This document shows, in pieces, positions 25,401-39,400 of a stretch of 64,000 nucleotides of DNA. The notes beneath the pieces were generated by a model. The model was not told the DNA's origin, made no database searches, and saw nothing but the letters and a program-made list of their open reading frames with translations. The stretch comes from the human T2T-CHM13v2.0 reference genome, Homo sapiens. Made by a program: the position numbers and the translations under genes. Position 1 is the first letter of the stretch; the number at the start of each line of letters is the position of its first letter. The DNA lies in NCBI RefSeq assembly GCF_009914755.1, contig NC_060939.1. One strand, 5' to 3'.

Positions 25401-28400
25401 TCCGTTCCATTGCATTCCATTCCATTCGGTACCATTCCATATTGTTCCATTCGATTCCATTCGAATCCATTCCATTCCAGTCCTTTCCATTCCATTCCAT
25501 TCCATTCCTTTCAATTCCATTCCATTCCATTCCATTCCACTTGATTCCACTCCATTCCCTTCCACTGCATTCCATTCGATTCCATTCCATTGCATTGCAT
25601 TCCATTCCATTGGACTGCATTCCATTTGATTCCATTCCATTCGAATCAATTACATAGCAATCCATTACATTCGAGTCTATTCTATTCCGTTCCATTCGAT
25701 TTCATTCCAATCCATTCGATTCCATTCCATTCGATTCCATTCCATACTATTGCATTCCATTCTATTACATTATATTCGAATAAGTAACATTCAAGACCAT
25801 TTCTTTTGAGTCCATTCTATTTGAGTCCATTCCCTTTGATTCCATAACATTTGAGTCCATTCAATTCCATTCCTTTCGTTTCCATTCCATTTGATGCCAT
25901 TCCATTCAATTCTGTTCTACTCAACTCCAATACATTCAATTCCATTCCATCCGATTCCATTACATTCTTTTCATTTCTTATCCATTTCAAGCCATTCCAC
26001 TCCATTCCATTCCACTCGTTTCCTTTCCATTCGAGTCCATTCCTCTCCAGTCCATTCCGTTCAATCCATTCCATTCCAGTCCATTCCATTCGAGTCCGTT
26101 CCATTCCAGTCCATTCCATTCGAGTCAATTCCATTCCATTCGATGTCTTTCCATAACGATCCATTCCATTCTATTCCTTTCGATTCCATTCCATTCTATT
26201 TCATTCCATTCGATTCCCTTCCATTGGACTCCTTTCCATTCGAGTGCATTCCATTCCGTTCCATTTCTTCCCGTTCTGTACGATTCCTACCGTTCGATTT
26301 CATTTTGTTCCAGTCCATTCCTTTCGCTTCCATTCCATTCCATTTCACTCCATTCGATTCCATTCCACTCGATTCCACTTCGTTCCATTTCATTGCATTC
26401 CATTCTATTCAACTCTATTGCCTTCCATTCCATTCCATTCGATTACATTCCATGCGATTCCATTCGAAATCGAATCAATTACATTGCAATCCATTACTAT
26501 TGAGTCCGTTTTATTCCAGTCCACTGCATTCTGGTCCATTCCATTTGATTCCATTCCATTCTATTCCATTCCATACAGTTGCATTCCATTGGATTCCATT
26601 CTATATCTATAAATTCAATTCGAGACCATTGCTTTTGAGTCCATTCTATATGATTCCATTCCATTCAAGTCCATTACATTTGGTTCAATTCCATTCCATT
26701 ATATTCCCTTCCATTCCATTCCAGTTGATATCAATCCATTCGATTCAATTCCATTCGAGCACATTCCATTCGAGTCCATTCCATTCGATGCCATTCCATT
26801 TGAATCTATTCCATTAGTCTCCATTCAATTCCATTAATCTCCATTCCATTCCATTCTACTCCTACTGATTCCACTCCATTCTATTCCTTTCCATTCCATT
26901 TCATTCCATTCCATTCCATTTCATTCCATTCCATGCCATTCGTGTCCATTCCACTCCAGTCCATTCCATTCGTGTCCATTCCATTCCAGTCCATTCCATT
27001 TGTGTCCACTGCATTCCATTCCACTCCATTCCATATTATTTCATTACACTCCATTCCATTCTATTACTTTCATTTCCATTCAATTCCATTCCATTTGATT
27101 CCATTCCACTCGGTTTCATTCCATTTGAGTCCACTCCATTCCATTCCATTCCATTCCATTCAGTTCCATTCCATTCTGTTCCATTCCATTCCGTTCCATT
27201 ACATTCCATTCCATTCGGTACCATTCCATATTGTTCCATTCGATTCCATTCGAATCCATTCCATTCCAGTCCATTCCATTCGATTCCATTCCATTCATTT
27301 CAATTCCATTCCATTGCATTCCATTACATTCCACTTGATTCCTCTCCATTCCCTTCCACTGCATTCCGTTCGATTCCATTCCATTGCATTGCATTCCATT
27401 CCATTGGATTGCATTCCATTCGATTCCATTCCATTCGAATCAATTACATAGCAATCCATTACATTCGAGTCTATTCTATTCCGATCCATTCGATTTCGTT
27501 CCAATCCATTCGATTCCATTCCATACTATTGCATTCCATTCGATTACATTATATTCGAATAAGTTCCATTCAAGACCATTTCTTTTGAGTCCATTCTATT
27601 TGAGTCCATTCCCTTTGATTCCATAACATTTGAGTCCATTCAATTCCATTCCTTTCGTTTCCATTCCATTTGATGCCATTCCATTCAATTCTGTTCTACT
27701 CGACTCCAATACATTCAATTCCATTCCATCCGATTCCATTACATTCTTTTCATTTCTTATCCATTTCAAGCCATTCCACTCCATTCCATTCCACTCGTTT
27801 CCTTTCCATTCGAGTCCATTCCTCTCCAGTCCATTCCGTTCAATCCATTCCATTCCAGTCCATTCCATTCGAGTCCGTTCCATTCCAGTCCAATCCATTC
27901 GAGTCAATTCCATCCCATTCAATGTCTTTCCATAACGATCCATTCCATTCTATTCCTTTCGATTCCATTCCATTCTATTTCATTCCATTCGATTCCCTTC
28001 CATTGGACTCCTTTCCATTCGAGTGCATTCCATTCCGTTCCATTTCTTTCCGTTCTGTACGATTCCTACCGTTCGATTTGATTTTGTTCCAGTCCATTCC
28101 TTTCGCGTCCATTCCATTCCATTTCACTCCATTCGATTCCATTCCACTCGATTCCACTTCGTTCCATTTCATTGCATTCCATTCTATTCAACTCTATTGC
28201 CTTCCATTCCATTCCATTCGATTACATTCCATGCGATTCCATTCGAAATCGAATCAATTACATTGCAATCTATTACTATTGAGTCCATTTTATTCCAGTC
28301 CACTGCATTCTGGTCCATTCCATTTGATTCCATTCCATTCTATTCCATTCCATACAGTTGCATTCCATTGGATTCCATTCTATATCTATAAATTCAATTC

Positions 28401-30499
28401 GAGACCATTGCTTTTGAATCCATTCTATATGATTCCATTCCATTCAAGTCCATTACATTTGGTTCAATTACATTCCATTCCATTCCCTTCCATTCCATTC
28501 CAGTTGATATCAATACATTCGATTCCATTCCATTCGAGCACATTCCATTCGAGTCCATTCCATTCGATGCCATTCCATTTGATTCTATTCCATTAGTCTC
28601 CATTCAATTCCATTAATCTCCATTCCATTCCATTCTACTCCAACTGATTCCATTCCATTCTATTCCTTTCCATTCCATTTCATTCCATTCCATTCCATTC
28701 CATTCCATTCCATTCGCTTCCATTCCATTCGTGTCCATTCCACTCCAGTCCATTCCATTCGTGTCCATTCCATTCCAGTCCATTCCATTTGTGTCCACTG
28801 CATTCCATTCCACTCCATTCCATATTATTCCATTACACTCCATTCCATTCTATTACTTTCATTTCCATTCAATTCCGTTCCATTTGATTCCATTCCACTC
28901 GGTTTCATTCCATTTGAGTCCACTCCATTCCATTCCATTCCATTCCATTCAGTTCCATTCCATTCTATTCCATTCCATTCTGTTCCATTGCATTCCATTC
29001 CATTCGGTACCATTCCATATTGTTCCATTCGATTCCATTCGAATCCATTCCATTCCAGTCCATTCCATTCGATTCCATTCCATTCCTTTCAATTCCATTC
29101 CATTCCATTCCATTCCACTTGATTCCACTCCATTCCCTTCCACTGCATTCCATTCGATTCCATTCCATTGCATTGCATTCCATTCCATTGGACTGCATTC
29201 CATTCGATTCCATTCCATTCGAATCAATTACATAGCAATCCATTACATTTGGGTCTATTCTATTCCGTTCCATTCGATTTCATTCCAATCCATTCGATTC
29301 CATTCCATACTATTGCATTCCATTCTATTACATTATATTCGAATAAGTTCCATTCAAGACCATTTCTTTTGAGTCCATTCTATTTGAGTCCATTCTATTT
29401 GAATCCATTCCCTTTGATTCCATAACGTTTGAGTCCATTCAATTCCATTCCTTTCGTTTCCATTCCATTTGATGTCATTCCATTCAATTCTGTTCTACTC
29501 GACTCCAATACATTCAATTCCATTCCATCCGATTCCATTACATTCTTTTCATTTCTTATCCATTTCAAGCCATTCCACTCCATTCCATTCCACTCGTTTC
29601 CTTTCCATTCGAGTCCATTCCTCTCCAGTCCATTCCGTTCAATCCATTCCATTCCAGTCCATTCCATTCGAGTCCGTTCCATTCCAGTCCATTCCATTCG
29701 AGTCAATTCCATTCCATTCGATGTCTTTCCATAACGATCCATTCCATTCTATTCCTTTCGATTCCATTCCATTCTATTTCATTCCATTCGATTCCCTTCC
29801 ATTGGAATCCTTTCCATTCGAGTGCATTCCATTCCGTTCCATTTCTTTCCGTTCTGTACGATTCCTACCGTTCGATTTCATTTTGTTCCAGTCCATTCCT
29901 TTCGCGTCCATTCCATTCCATTTCACTCCATTCGATTCCATTCCACTCGATTCCACTTCGTTCCATTTCATTGCATTCCATTCTATTCAACTCTATTGCC
30001 TTCCATTCCATTCCATTCGATTACATTCCATGCGATTCCATTCGAAATCGAATCAATTACATTGCAATCCATTACTATTGAGTCCGTTTTATTCCAGTCC
30101 ACTGCATTCTGGTCCATTCCATTTGATTCCATTCCATTCTATTCCATTCCATACAGTTGCATTCCATTGGATTCCATGCTATATCTATAAATTCAATTCG
30201 AGACCATTGCTTTTGAGTCCATTCTATATGATTCCATTCCATTCAAGTCCATTACATTTGGTTCAATTCCATTCCATTCCATTCCCTTCCATTCCATTCC
30301 AGTTGATATCAATCCATTCGATTCCATTCCATTCGAGTACATTCCATTCGAGTCCATTCCATTCGATGCCATTCCATTTGATTCTATTCCATTAGTCTCC
30401 ATTCAATTCCATTAATCTCCATTCCATTCCATTCTACTCCAACTGATTCCATTCCATTCTATTCCTTTCCATTCCATTTCATTCCATTCCATTCCATTT

Positions 30500-33400
30500 C
30501 ATTCCATTCCATTCCATTCGTGTCCATTCCACTCCAGTCCATTCCATTCGTGTCCATTCCATTCCAGTCCATTCCATTTGTGTCCACTGCATTCCATTCC
30601 ACTCCATTCCATATTATTCCATTACACTCCATTCCATTCTATTACTTTCATTTCCATTCAATTCCATTCCGTTTGATTCCATTCCACTCGGTTTCATTCC
30701 ATTTGAGTCCACTCCATTCCATTCCATTCCATTCCATTCCATTCCATTCCATTCAGTTCCATTCCATTCTGTTCCATTCCATCCCGTTCCATTACATTCC
30801 ATTCCATTCGGTACCATTCCATATTGTTCCATTCGATTCCATTCGAATCCATTCCATTCCAGTCCATTCCATTCGATTCCATTCCATTCATTTCAATTCC
30901 ATTCCATTCCATTACATTACATTCCACTTGATTCCTCTCCATTCCCTTCCACTGCATTCCGTTCGATTCCATTCCATTGCATTGCATTCCATTCCATTGG
31001 ATTGCATTCCATTCGATTCCATTCCATTCGAATCAATTACATAGCAATCCATTACATTCGAGTCTATTCTATTCCGTTCCATTCGATTTCGTTCCAATCC
31101 ATTCGATTCCATTCCATTCGATTCCATTCCATACTATTGCATTCCATTCTATTACATTATATTCGAATAAGTTCCATTCAAGACCATTTCTTTTGAGTCC
31201 ATTCTATTTGAGTCCATTCCCTTTGATTCCATAACATTTGAGTCCATTCAATTCCATTCCTTTCGTTTCCATTCCATTTGATGCCATTCCACTCAATTCT
31301 GTTCTACTCGACTCCAATACATTCAATTGCATTCCATCCGATTCCATTACATTCTTTTCATTTCTTATCCATTTCAAGCCATTCCACTCCATTCCATTCC
31401 ACTCGTTTCCTTTCCATTCGAGTCCATTCCTCTCCAGTCCATTCCGTTCAATCCATTCCATTCCAGTTCATTCCATTCGAGTCCGTTCCATTCCAGTCCT
31501 CTCTATTCGAGTCAATTCCATCCCATTCGATGTCTTTCCATAACGATCCATTCCATTCTATTCCTTTCGATTCCATTCCATTCTATTTCATTCCATTCGA
31601 TTCCCTTCCATTGGACTCCTTTCCATTCGAGTGCATTCCATTCCGTTCCATTTCTTACCGTTCTGTACGATTCCTACCATTCGATTTCATTTTGTTCCAG
31701 TCCATTCCTTTCGCGTCCATTCCATTCCATTTCACTCCATTCGATTCCATTCCACTCGATTCCACTTCGTTCCATTTCATTGCATTCCATTCTATTCAAC
31801 TCTATTGCCTTCCATTCCATTCCATTCGATTACATTCCATGCGATTCCGTTCGAAATCGAATCAATTACATTGCAATCCATTACTATTGAGTCCATTTTA
31901 TTCCAGTCCACTGCATTCTGGTCCATTCCATTTGATTCCATTCCATTCTATTCCATTCCATACAGTTGCATTCCATTGGATTCCATTCTATATCTATAAA
32001 TTCAATTCGAGACCATTGCTTTTGAATCCATTCTATATGATTCCATTCCATTCAAGTCCATTACATTTGGTTCAATTCCATTCCATTCCATTCCCTTCCA
32101 TTCCATTCCAGTTGATATCAATCCATTCGATTCCATTCCATTCGAGCACATTCCATTCGAGTCCATTCCATTCGATGCCATTCCATTTGATTCTATTCCA
32201 TTAGTCTCCATTCAATTCCATTAATCTCCATTCCATTCCATTCTACTCCAACTGATTCGATTCCATTCTATTCCTTTCCATTCCATTTCATTCCATTCCA
32301 TTCCATTTCATTCCATTCCATTCCATTCGCTTCCATTCCATTCGTGTCCATTCCACTCCAGTCCATTCCATTCGTGTCCATTCCATTCCAGTCCATTCCA
32401 TTTGTGTCCACTGCATTCCATTCCACTCCATTCCATATTATTCCATTACACTCCATTCCATTCTATTACTTTCATTTCCATTCAATTCCATTCCATTTGA
32501 TTCCATTCCACTCGGTTTCATTCCATTTGAGTCCACTCCATTGCATTCCATTCCATTCCATTCAGTTCCATTCCATTCTGTTCCATTCCATTCCGTTCCA
32601 TTGCATTCCATTCCATTCGGTACCATTCCATATTGTTCCATTCGATTCCATTCGAATCCATTCCATTCCAGTCCATTCCATTCGATTCCATTCCATTCCT
32701 TTCAATTCCATTCCATTCCATTCCATTCCACTTGATTCCACTCCATTCCCTTCCACTGCATTCCATTCGATTCCATTCCATTGCATTGCATTCCATTCCA
32801 TTGGACTGCATTCCATTCGATTCCATTCCATTCGAATCAATTACATAGCAATCCATTACATTCGAGTCTATTCTATTCCGTTCCATTCGATTTCATTCCA
32901 ATCCATTCGATTCCATTCCATTCGATTCCATTCCATACTATTGCATTCCATTCTATTACATTATATTCGAATAAGTTCCATTCAAGACCATTTCTTTTGA
33001 GTCCATTCTATTTGAGTCCATTCCCTTTGATTCCATAACATTTGAGTCCATTCAATTCCATTCCTTTCGTTTCCATTCCATTTGATGCCATTCCACTCAA
33101 TTCTGTTCTACTCGACTCCAATACATTCAATTCCATTCCATCCGATTCCATTACATTCTTTTCATTTCTTATCCATTTCAAGCCATTCCACTCCATTCCA
33201 TTCCACTCGTTTCCTTTCCATTCGAGTCCATTCCTCTCCAGTCCATTCCGTTCAATCCATTCCATTCCAGTCCATTCCATTCGAGTCCGTTCCATTCCAG
33301 TCCATTCCATTCGAGTCAATTCCATTCCATTCGATGTCTTTCCATAACGATCCATTCCATTCTATTCCTTTCGATTCCATTCCATTCTATTTCATTCCAT

Positions 33401-36400
33401 TCGATTCCCTTCCATTGGACTCCTTTCCATTCGAGTGCATTCCATTCCGTTCCATTTCTTTCCGTTCTGTACGATTCTTACCGTTCGATTTCATTTTGTT
33501 CCAGTCCATTCCTTTCGCGTCCATTCCATTCCATTTCACTCCATTCGATTCCATTCCACTCGATTCCACTTCGTTCCATTTCATTGCATTCCATTCTATT
33601 CAACTCTATTGCCTTCCATTCCATTCCATTCGATTACATTCCATGCGATTGCATTCGAAATAGAATCAATTACATTGCAATCCATTACTATTGAGTCCGT
33701 TTTATTCCAGTCCACTGCATTCTGGTCCATTCCATTTGATTCCATTCCATTCTATTCCATTCCATACAGTTGCATTCCATTGGATTCCATGCTATATCTA
33801 TAAATTCAATTCGAGACCATTGCTTTTGAGTCCATTCTATATGATTCCATTCCATTCAAGTCCATTACATTTGGTTCAATTCCATTCCATTTCAGTTGAT
33901 ATCAATCCATTCGATTCCATTCCATTCGAGCACATTCCATTCGAGTCCATTCCATTCGATGCCATTCCATTTGATTCTATGCCATTAGTCTCCATTCAAT
34001 TCCATTAATCTCCATTCCATTCCATTCTACTCCAACTGATTCCATTCCATTCTATTCCTTTCCATTCCATTTCATTCCATTCCATTCCATTTCATTCCAT
34101 TCCATTCCATTCGTGTCCATTCCACTCCAGTCCATTCCATTCGTGTCCATTCCATTCCAGTCCATTCCATTTGTGTCCACTGCATTCCATTCCACTCCAT
34201 TCCATATTATTCCATTACACTCCATTCCATTCTATTACTTTCATTTCCATTCAATTCCATTCCATTTGATTCCATTCCACTCGGTTTCATTCCATTTGAG
34301 TCCACTCCATTCCATTCCATTCCATTCCATTCCATTCAGTTCCATTCCATTCTGTTCCATTCCATTGCGTTCCATTACATTCCATTCCATTCGGTACCAT
34401 TCCATATTGTTCCATTCGATTCCATTCGAATCCATTCCATTCCAGTCCATTCCATTCGATTCCATTCCATTCATTTCAATTCCATTCCATTCCATTCCAT
34501 TACATTCCACTTGATTCCTCTCCATTCCCTTCCACTGCATTCCGTTCGATTCCATTCCATTGCATTGCATTCCATTCCATTGGATTGCATTCAATTCGAT
34601 TCCATTCCATTCGAATCAATTACATAGCAATCCATTACATTCGAGTCTATTCTATTCCGTTCCATTCGATTTCGTTCCAATCCATTCGATTCCATTCCAT
34701 TCGATTCCATTCCATACTATTGCATTCCATTCTATTACATTATATTCGAATAAGTTCCATTCAAGACCATTTCTTTTGAGTCCATTCTATTTGAGTCCAT
34801 TCCCTTTGATTCCATAACATTTGAGTCCATTCAATTCCATTCCTTTCGTTTCCATTCCATTTGATGCCATTCCACTCAATTCTGTTCTACTCGACTCCAA
34901 TACATTCAATTGCATTCCATCCGATTCCATTACATTCTTTTCATTTCTTATCCATTTCAAGCCATTCCACTCCATTCCATTCCACTCGTTTCCTTTCCAT
35001 TCGAGTCCATTCCTCTCCAGTCCATTCCGTTCAATCCATTCCATTCCAGTTCATTCCATTCGAGTCCGTTCCATTCCAGTCCTCTCTATTCGAGTCAATT
35101 CCATCCCATTCGATGTCTTTCCATAACGATCCATTCCATTCTATTCCTTTCGATTCCATTCCATTCTATTTCATTCAATTCGATTCCCTTCCATTGGACT
35201 CCTTTCCATTCGAGTGCATTCCATTCCGTTCCATTTCTTACCGTTCTGTACGATTCCTACCGTTCGATTTCATTTTGTTCCAGTCCATTCCTTTCGCGTC
35301 CATTCCATTCCATTTCACTCCATTCGATTCCATTCCACTCGATTCCACTTCGTTCCATTTCATTGCATTCCATTCTATTCAACTCTATTGCCTTCCATTC
35401 CATTCCATTCGATTACATTCCATGCGATTCCGTTCGAAATCGAATCAATTACATTGCAATCCATTACTATTGAGTCCATTTTATTCCAGTCCACTGCATT
35501 CTGGTCCATTCCATTTGATTCCATTCCATTCTATTCCATTCCATACAGTTGCATTCCATTGGATTCCATTCTATATCTATAAATTCAATTCGAGACCATT
35601 GCTTTTGAATCCATTCTATATGATTCCATTCCATTCAAGTCCATTACATTTGGTTCAATTCCATTCCATTCCATTCCCTTCCATTCCATTCCAGTTGATA
35701 TCAATCCATTCGATTCCATTCCATTCGAGCACATTCCATTCGAGTCCATTCCATTCGATGCCATTCCATTTGATTCTATTCCATTAGTCTCCATTCAATT
35801 CCATTAATCTCCATTCCATTCCATTCTACTCCAACTGATTCGATTCCATTCTATTCCTTTCCATTCCATTTCATTCCATTCCATTCCATTTCATTCCATT
35901 CCATTCCATTCGCTTCCATTCCATTCGTGTCCATTCCACTCCAGTCCATTCCATTCGTGTCCATTCCATTCCAGTCCATTCCATTTGTGTCCACTGCATT
36001 CCATTCCACTCCATTCCATATTATTCCATTACACTCCATTCCATTCTATTACTTTCATTTCCATTCAATTCCATTCCATTTGATTCCATTCCACTCGGTT
36101 TCATTCCATTTGAGTCCACTCCATTCCATTCCATTCCATTCCATGCAGTTCCATTCCATTCTGTTCCATTCCATTCCGTTCCATTGCATTCCATTCCATT
36201 CGGTACCATTCCATATTGTTCCATTCGATTCCATTCGAATCCATTCCATTCCAGTCCATTCCATTCGATTCCATTCCATTCCATTCAATTCCATTCCATT
36301 CCATTCCATTCCACTTGATTCCACTCCATTCCCTTCCACTGCATTCCATTCGATTCCATTCCATTGCATTGCATTCCATTCCATTGGACTGCATTCCATT

Positions 36401-39400
36401 CGATTCCATTCCATTCGAATCAATTACATAGCAATCCATTACATTCGAATCTATTCTATTCCGTTCCATTCGATTTCATTCCAATCCATTCGATTCCATT
36501 CCATTCGATTCCATTCCATACTATTGCATTCCATTCTATTACATTATATTCGAATAAGTTCCATTCAAGACCATTTCTTTTGAGTCCATTCTATTTGAGT
36601 CCATTCCCTTTGATTCCATAACATTTGAGTCCATTCAGTTCCATTCCTTTCGTTTCCATTCCATTTGATGCCATTCCACTCAATTATGTTCTACTCGACT
36701 CCAATACATTCAATTCCATTCCATCCGATTCCATTACATTCTTTTCATTTCTTATCCATTTCAAGCCATTCCACTCCATTCCATTCCACTCGTTTCCTTT
36801 CCATTCGAGTCCATTCCTCTCCAGTCCATTCCGTTCAATCCATTCCATTCCAGTCCATTCCATTCGAGTCCGTTCCATTCCAGTCCATTCCATTCGAGTC
36901 AATTCCATTCCATTCGATGTCTTTCCATAACGATCCATTCCATTCTATTCCTTTCGATTCCATACCATTCTATTTCATTCCATTCGATTCCCTTCCATTG
37001 GACTCCTTTCCATTCGAGTGCATTCCATTCCGTTCCATTTCTTTCCGTTCTGTACGATTCTTACCGTTCGATTTCATTTTGTTCCAGTCCATTCCTTTCG
37101 CGTCCATTCCATTCCATTTCACTCCATTCGATTCCATTCCACTCGATTCCACTTCGTTCCATTTCATTGCATTCCATTCTATTCAACTCTATTGCCTTCC
37201 ATTCCATTCCATTCGATTACATTCCATGCGATTGCATTCGAAATCGAATCAATTACATTGCAATCCATTACTATTGAGTCCGTTTTATTCCAGTCCACTG
37301 CATTCTGGTCCATTCCATTTGATTCCATTCCATTCTATTCCATTCCATACAGTTGCATTCCTTTGGATTCCATGCTATATCTATAAATTCAATTCGAGAC
37401 CATTGCTTTTGAGTCCATTCTATGTGATTCCATTCCATTCAAGTCCATTACATTTGGTTCAATTCCATTCCATTCCAGTTGATATCAATCCATTCGATTC
37501 CATTCCATTCGAGCACATTCCATTCGAGTCCATTCCATTCGATGCCATTCCATTTGATTCTATGCCATTAGTCTCCATTCAATTCCATTAATCTCCATTC
37601 CATTCCATTCTACTCCAACTGATTCCATTCCATTATATTCCTTTCCATTCCATTTCATTCCATTCCATTCCATTTCATTCCATTCCATTCCATTCGTGTC
37701 CATTCCACTCCAGTCCATTCCATTCGTGTCCATTCCATTCCAGTCCATTCCATTTGTGTCCACTGCATTCCATTCCACTCCATTCCATATTATTCCATTA
37801 CACTCCATTCCATTCTATTACTTTCATTTCCATTCAATTCCATTCCATTTGATTCCATTCCACTCGGTTTCATTCCATTTGAGTCCACTCCATTCCATTC
37901 CATTCCATTCCATTCAGTTCCATTCCATTCTGTTCCATTCCATTCCGTTCCATTACATTCCATTCCATTCGGTACCATTCCATATTGTTCCATTCGATTG
38001 CATTCGAATCCATTCCATTCCAGTCCATTCCATTCGATTCCATTCCATTCATTTCAATTCCATTCCATTCCATTCCATTACATTCCACTTGATTCCTCTC
38101 CATTCCCTTCCACTGCATTCCGTTCGATTCCATTCCATTGCATTGCATTCCATTCCATTGGATTGCATTCCATTCGATTCCATTCCATTCGAATCAATTA
38201 CATAGCAATCCATTACATTCGAGTCTATTCTATTCCGTTCCATTCGATTTCGTTCCAATCCATTCGATTCCATTCCATTCGATTCCATTCCATACTATTG
38301 CATTCCATTCTATTACATTATATTCGAATAAGTTCCATTCAAGACCATTTCTTTTGAGTCCATTCTATTTGAGTCCATTCCCTTTGATTCCATAACATTT
38401 GAGTCCATTCCATTCCATTCCTTTCGTTTGCATTCCATTTGATGCCATTCCATTCAATTCTGTTCTACTCGACTCCAATACATTCAATTCCATTCCATCC
38501 GATTCCATTACATTCTTTTCATTTCTTATCCATTTCAAGCCATTCCACTCCATTCCATTCCACTCGTTTCCTTTCCATTCGAGTCCATTCCTCTCCAGTC
38601 CATTCCGTTCAATCCATTCCATTCCAGTCCATTCCATTCGAGTCCGTTCCATTCCAGTCCTCTCTATTCGAGTCAATTCCATCCCATTCGATGTCTTTCC
38701 ATAACGATCCATTCCATTCTATTCCTTTCGATTCCATTCCATTCTACTTCATTCAATTCGATTCCCTTCCATTGGACTCCTTTCCATTCGAGTGCATTCC
38801 ATTCCGTTCCATTTCTTTCCGTTCTGTACGATTCCTACCGTTCGATTTCATTTTGTTCCAGTCCATTCCTTTCGCGTCCATTCCATTCCATTTCACTCCA
38901 TTCGATTCCATTCCACTCGATTCCACTTCGTTCCATTTCATTGCATTCCATTCTATTCAACTCTATTGCCTTCCATTCCATTCCATTCGATTACATTCCA
39001 TGCGATTCCGTTCGAAATCGAATCAATTACATTGCAATCCATTACTATTGAGTCCATTTTATTCCAGTCCACTGCATTCTGGTCCATTCCATTTGATTCC
39101 ATTCCATTCTATTCCATTCCATACAGTTGCATTCCATTGGATTCCATTCTATATCTATAAATTCAATTCGAGACCATTGCTTTTGAATCCATTCTGTATG
39201 ATTCCATTCCATTCAAGTCCATTACATTTGGTTCAATTCCATTCCATTCCATTCCCTTCCATTCCATTCCAGTTGATATCAATCCATTCGATTCCATTCC
39301 ATTCGAGCACATTCCATTTGAGTCCATTCCATTCGATGCCATTCCATTTGATTCTATTCCATTAGTCTCCATTCAATTCCATTAATCTCCATTCCATTCC

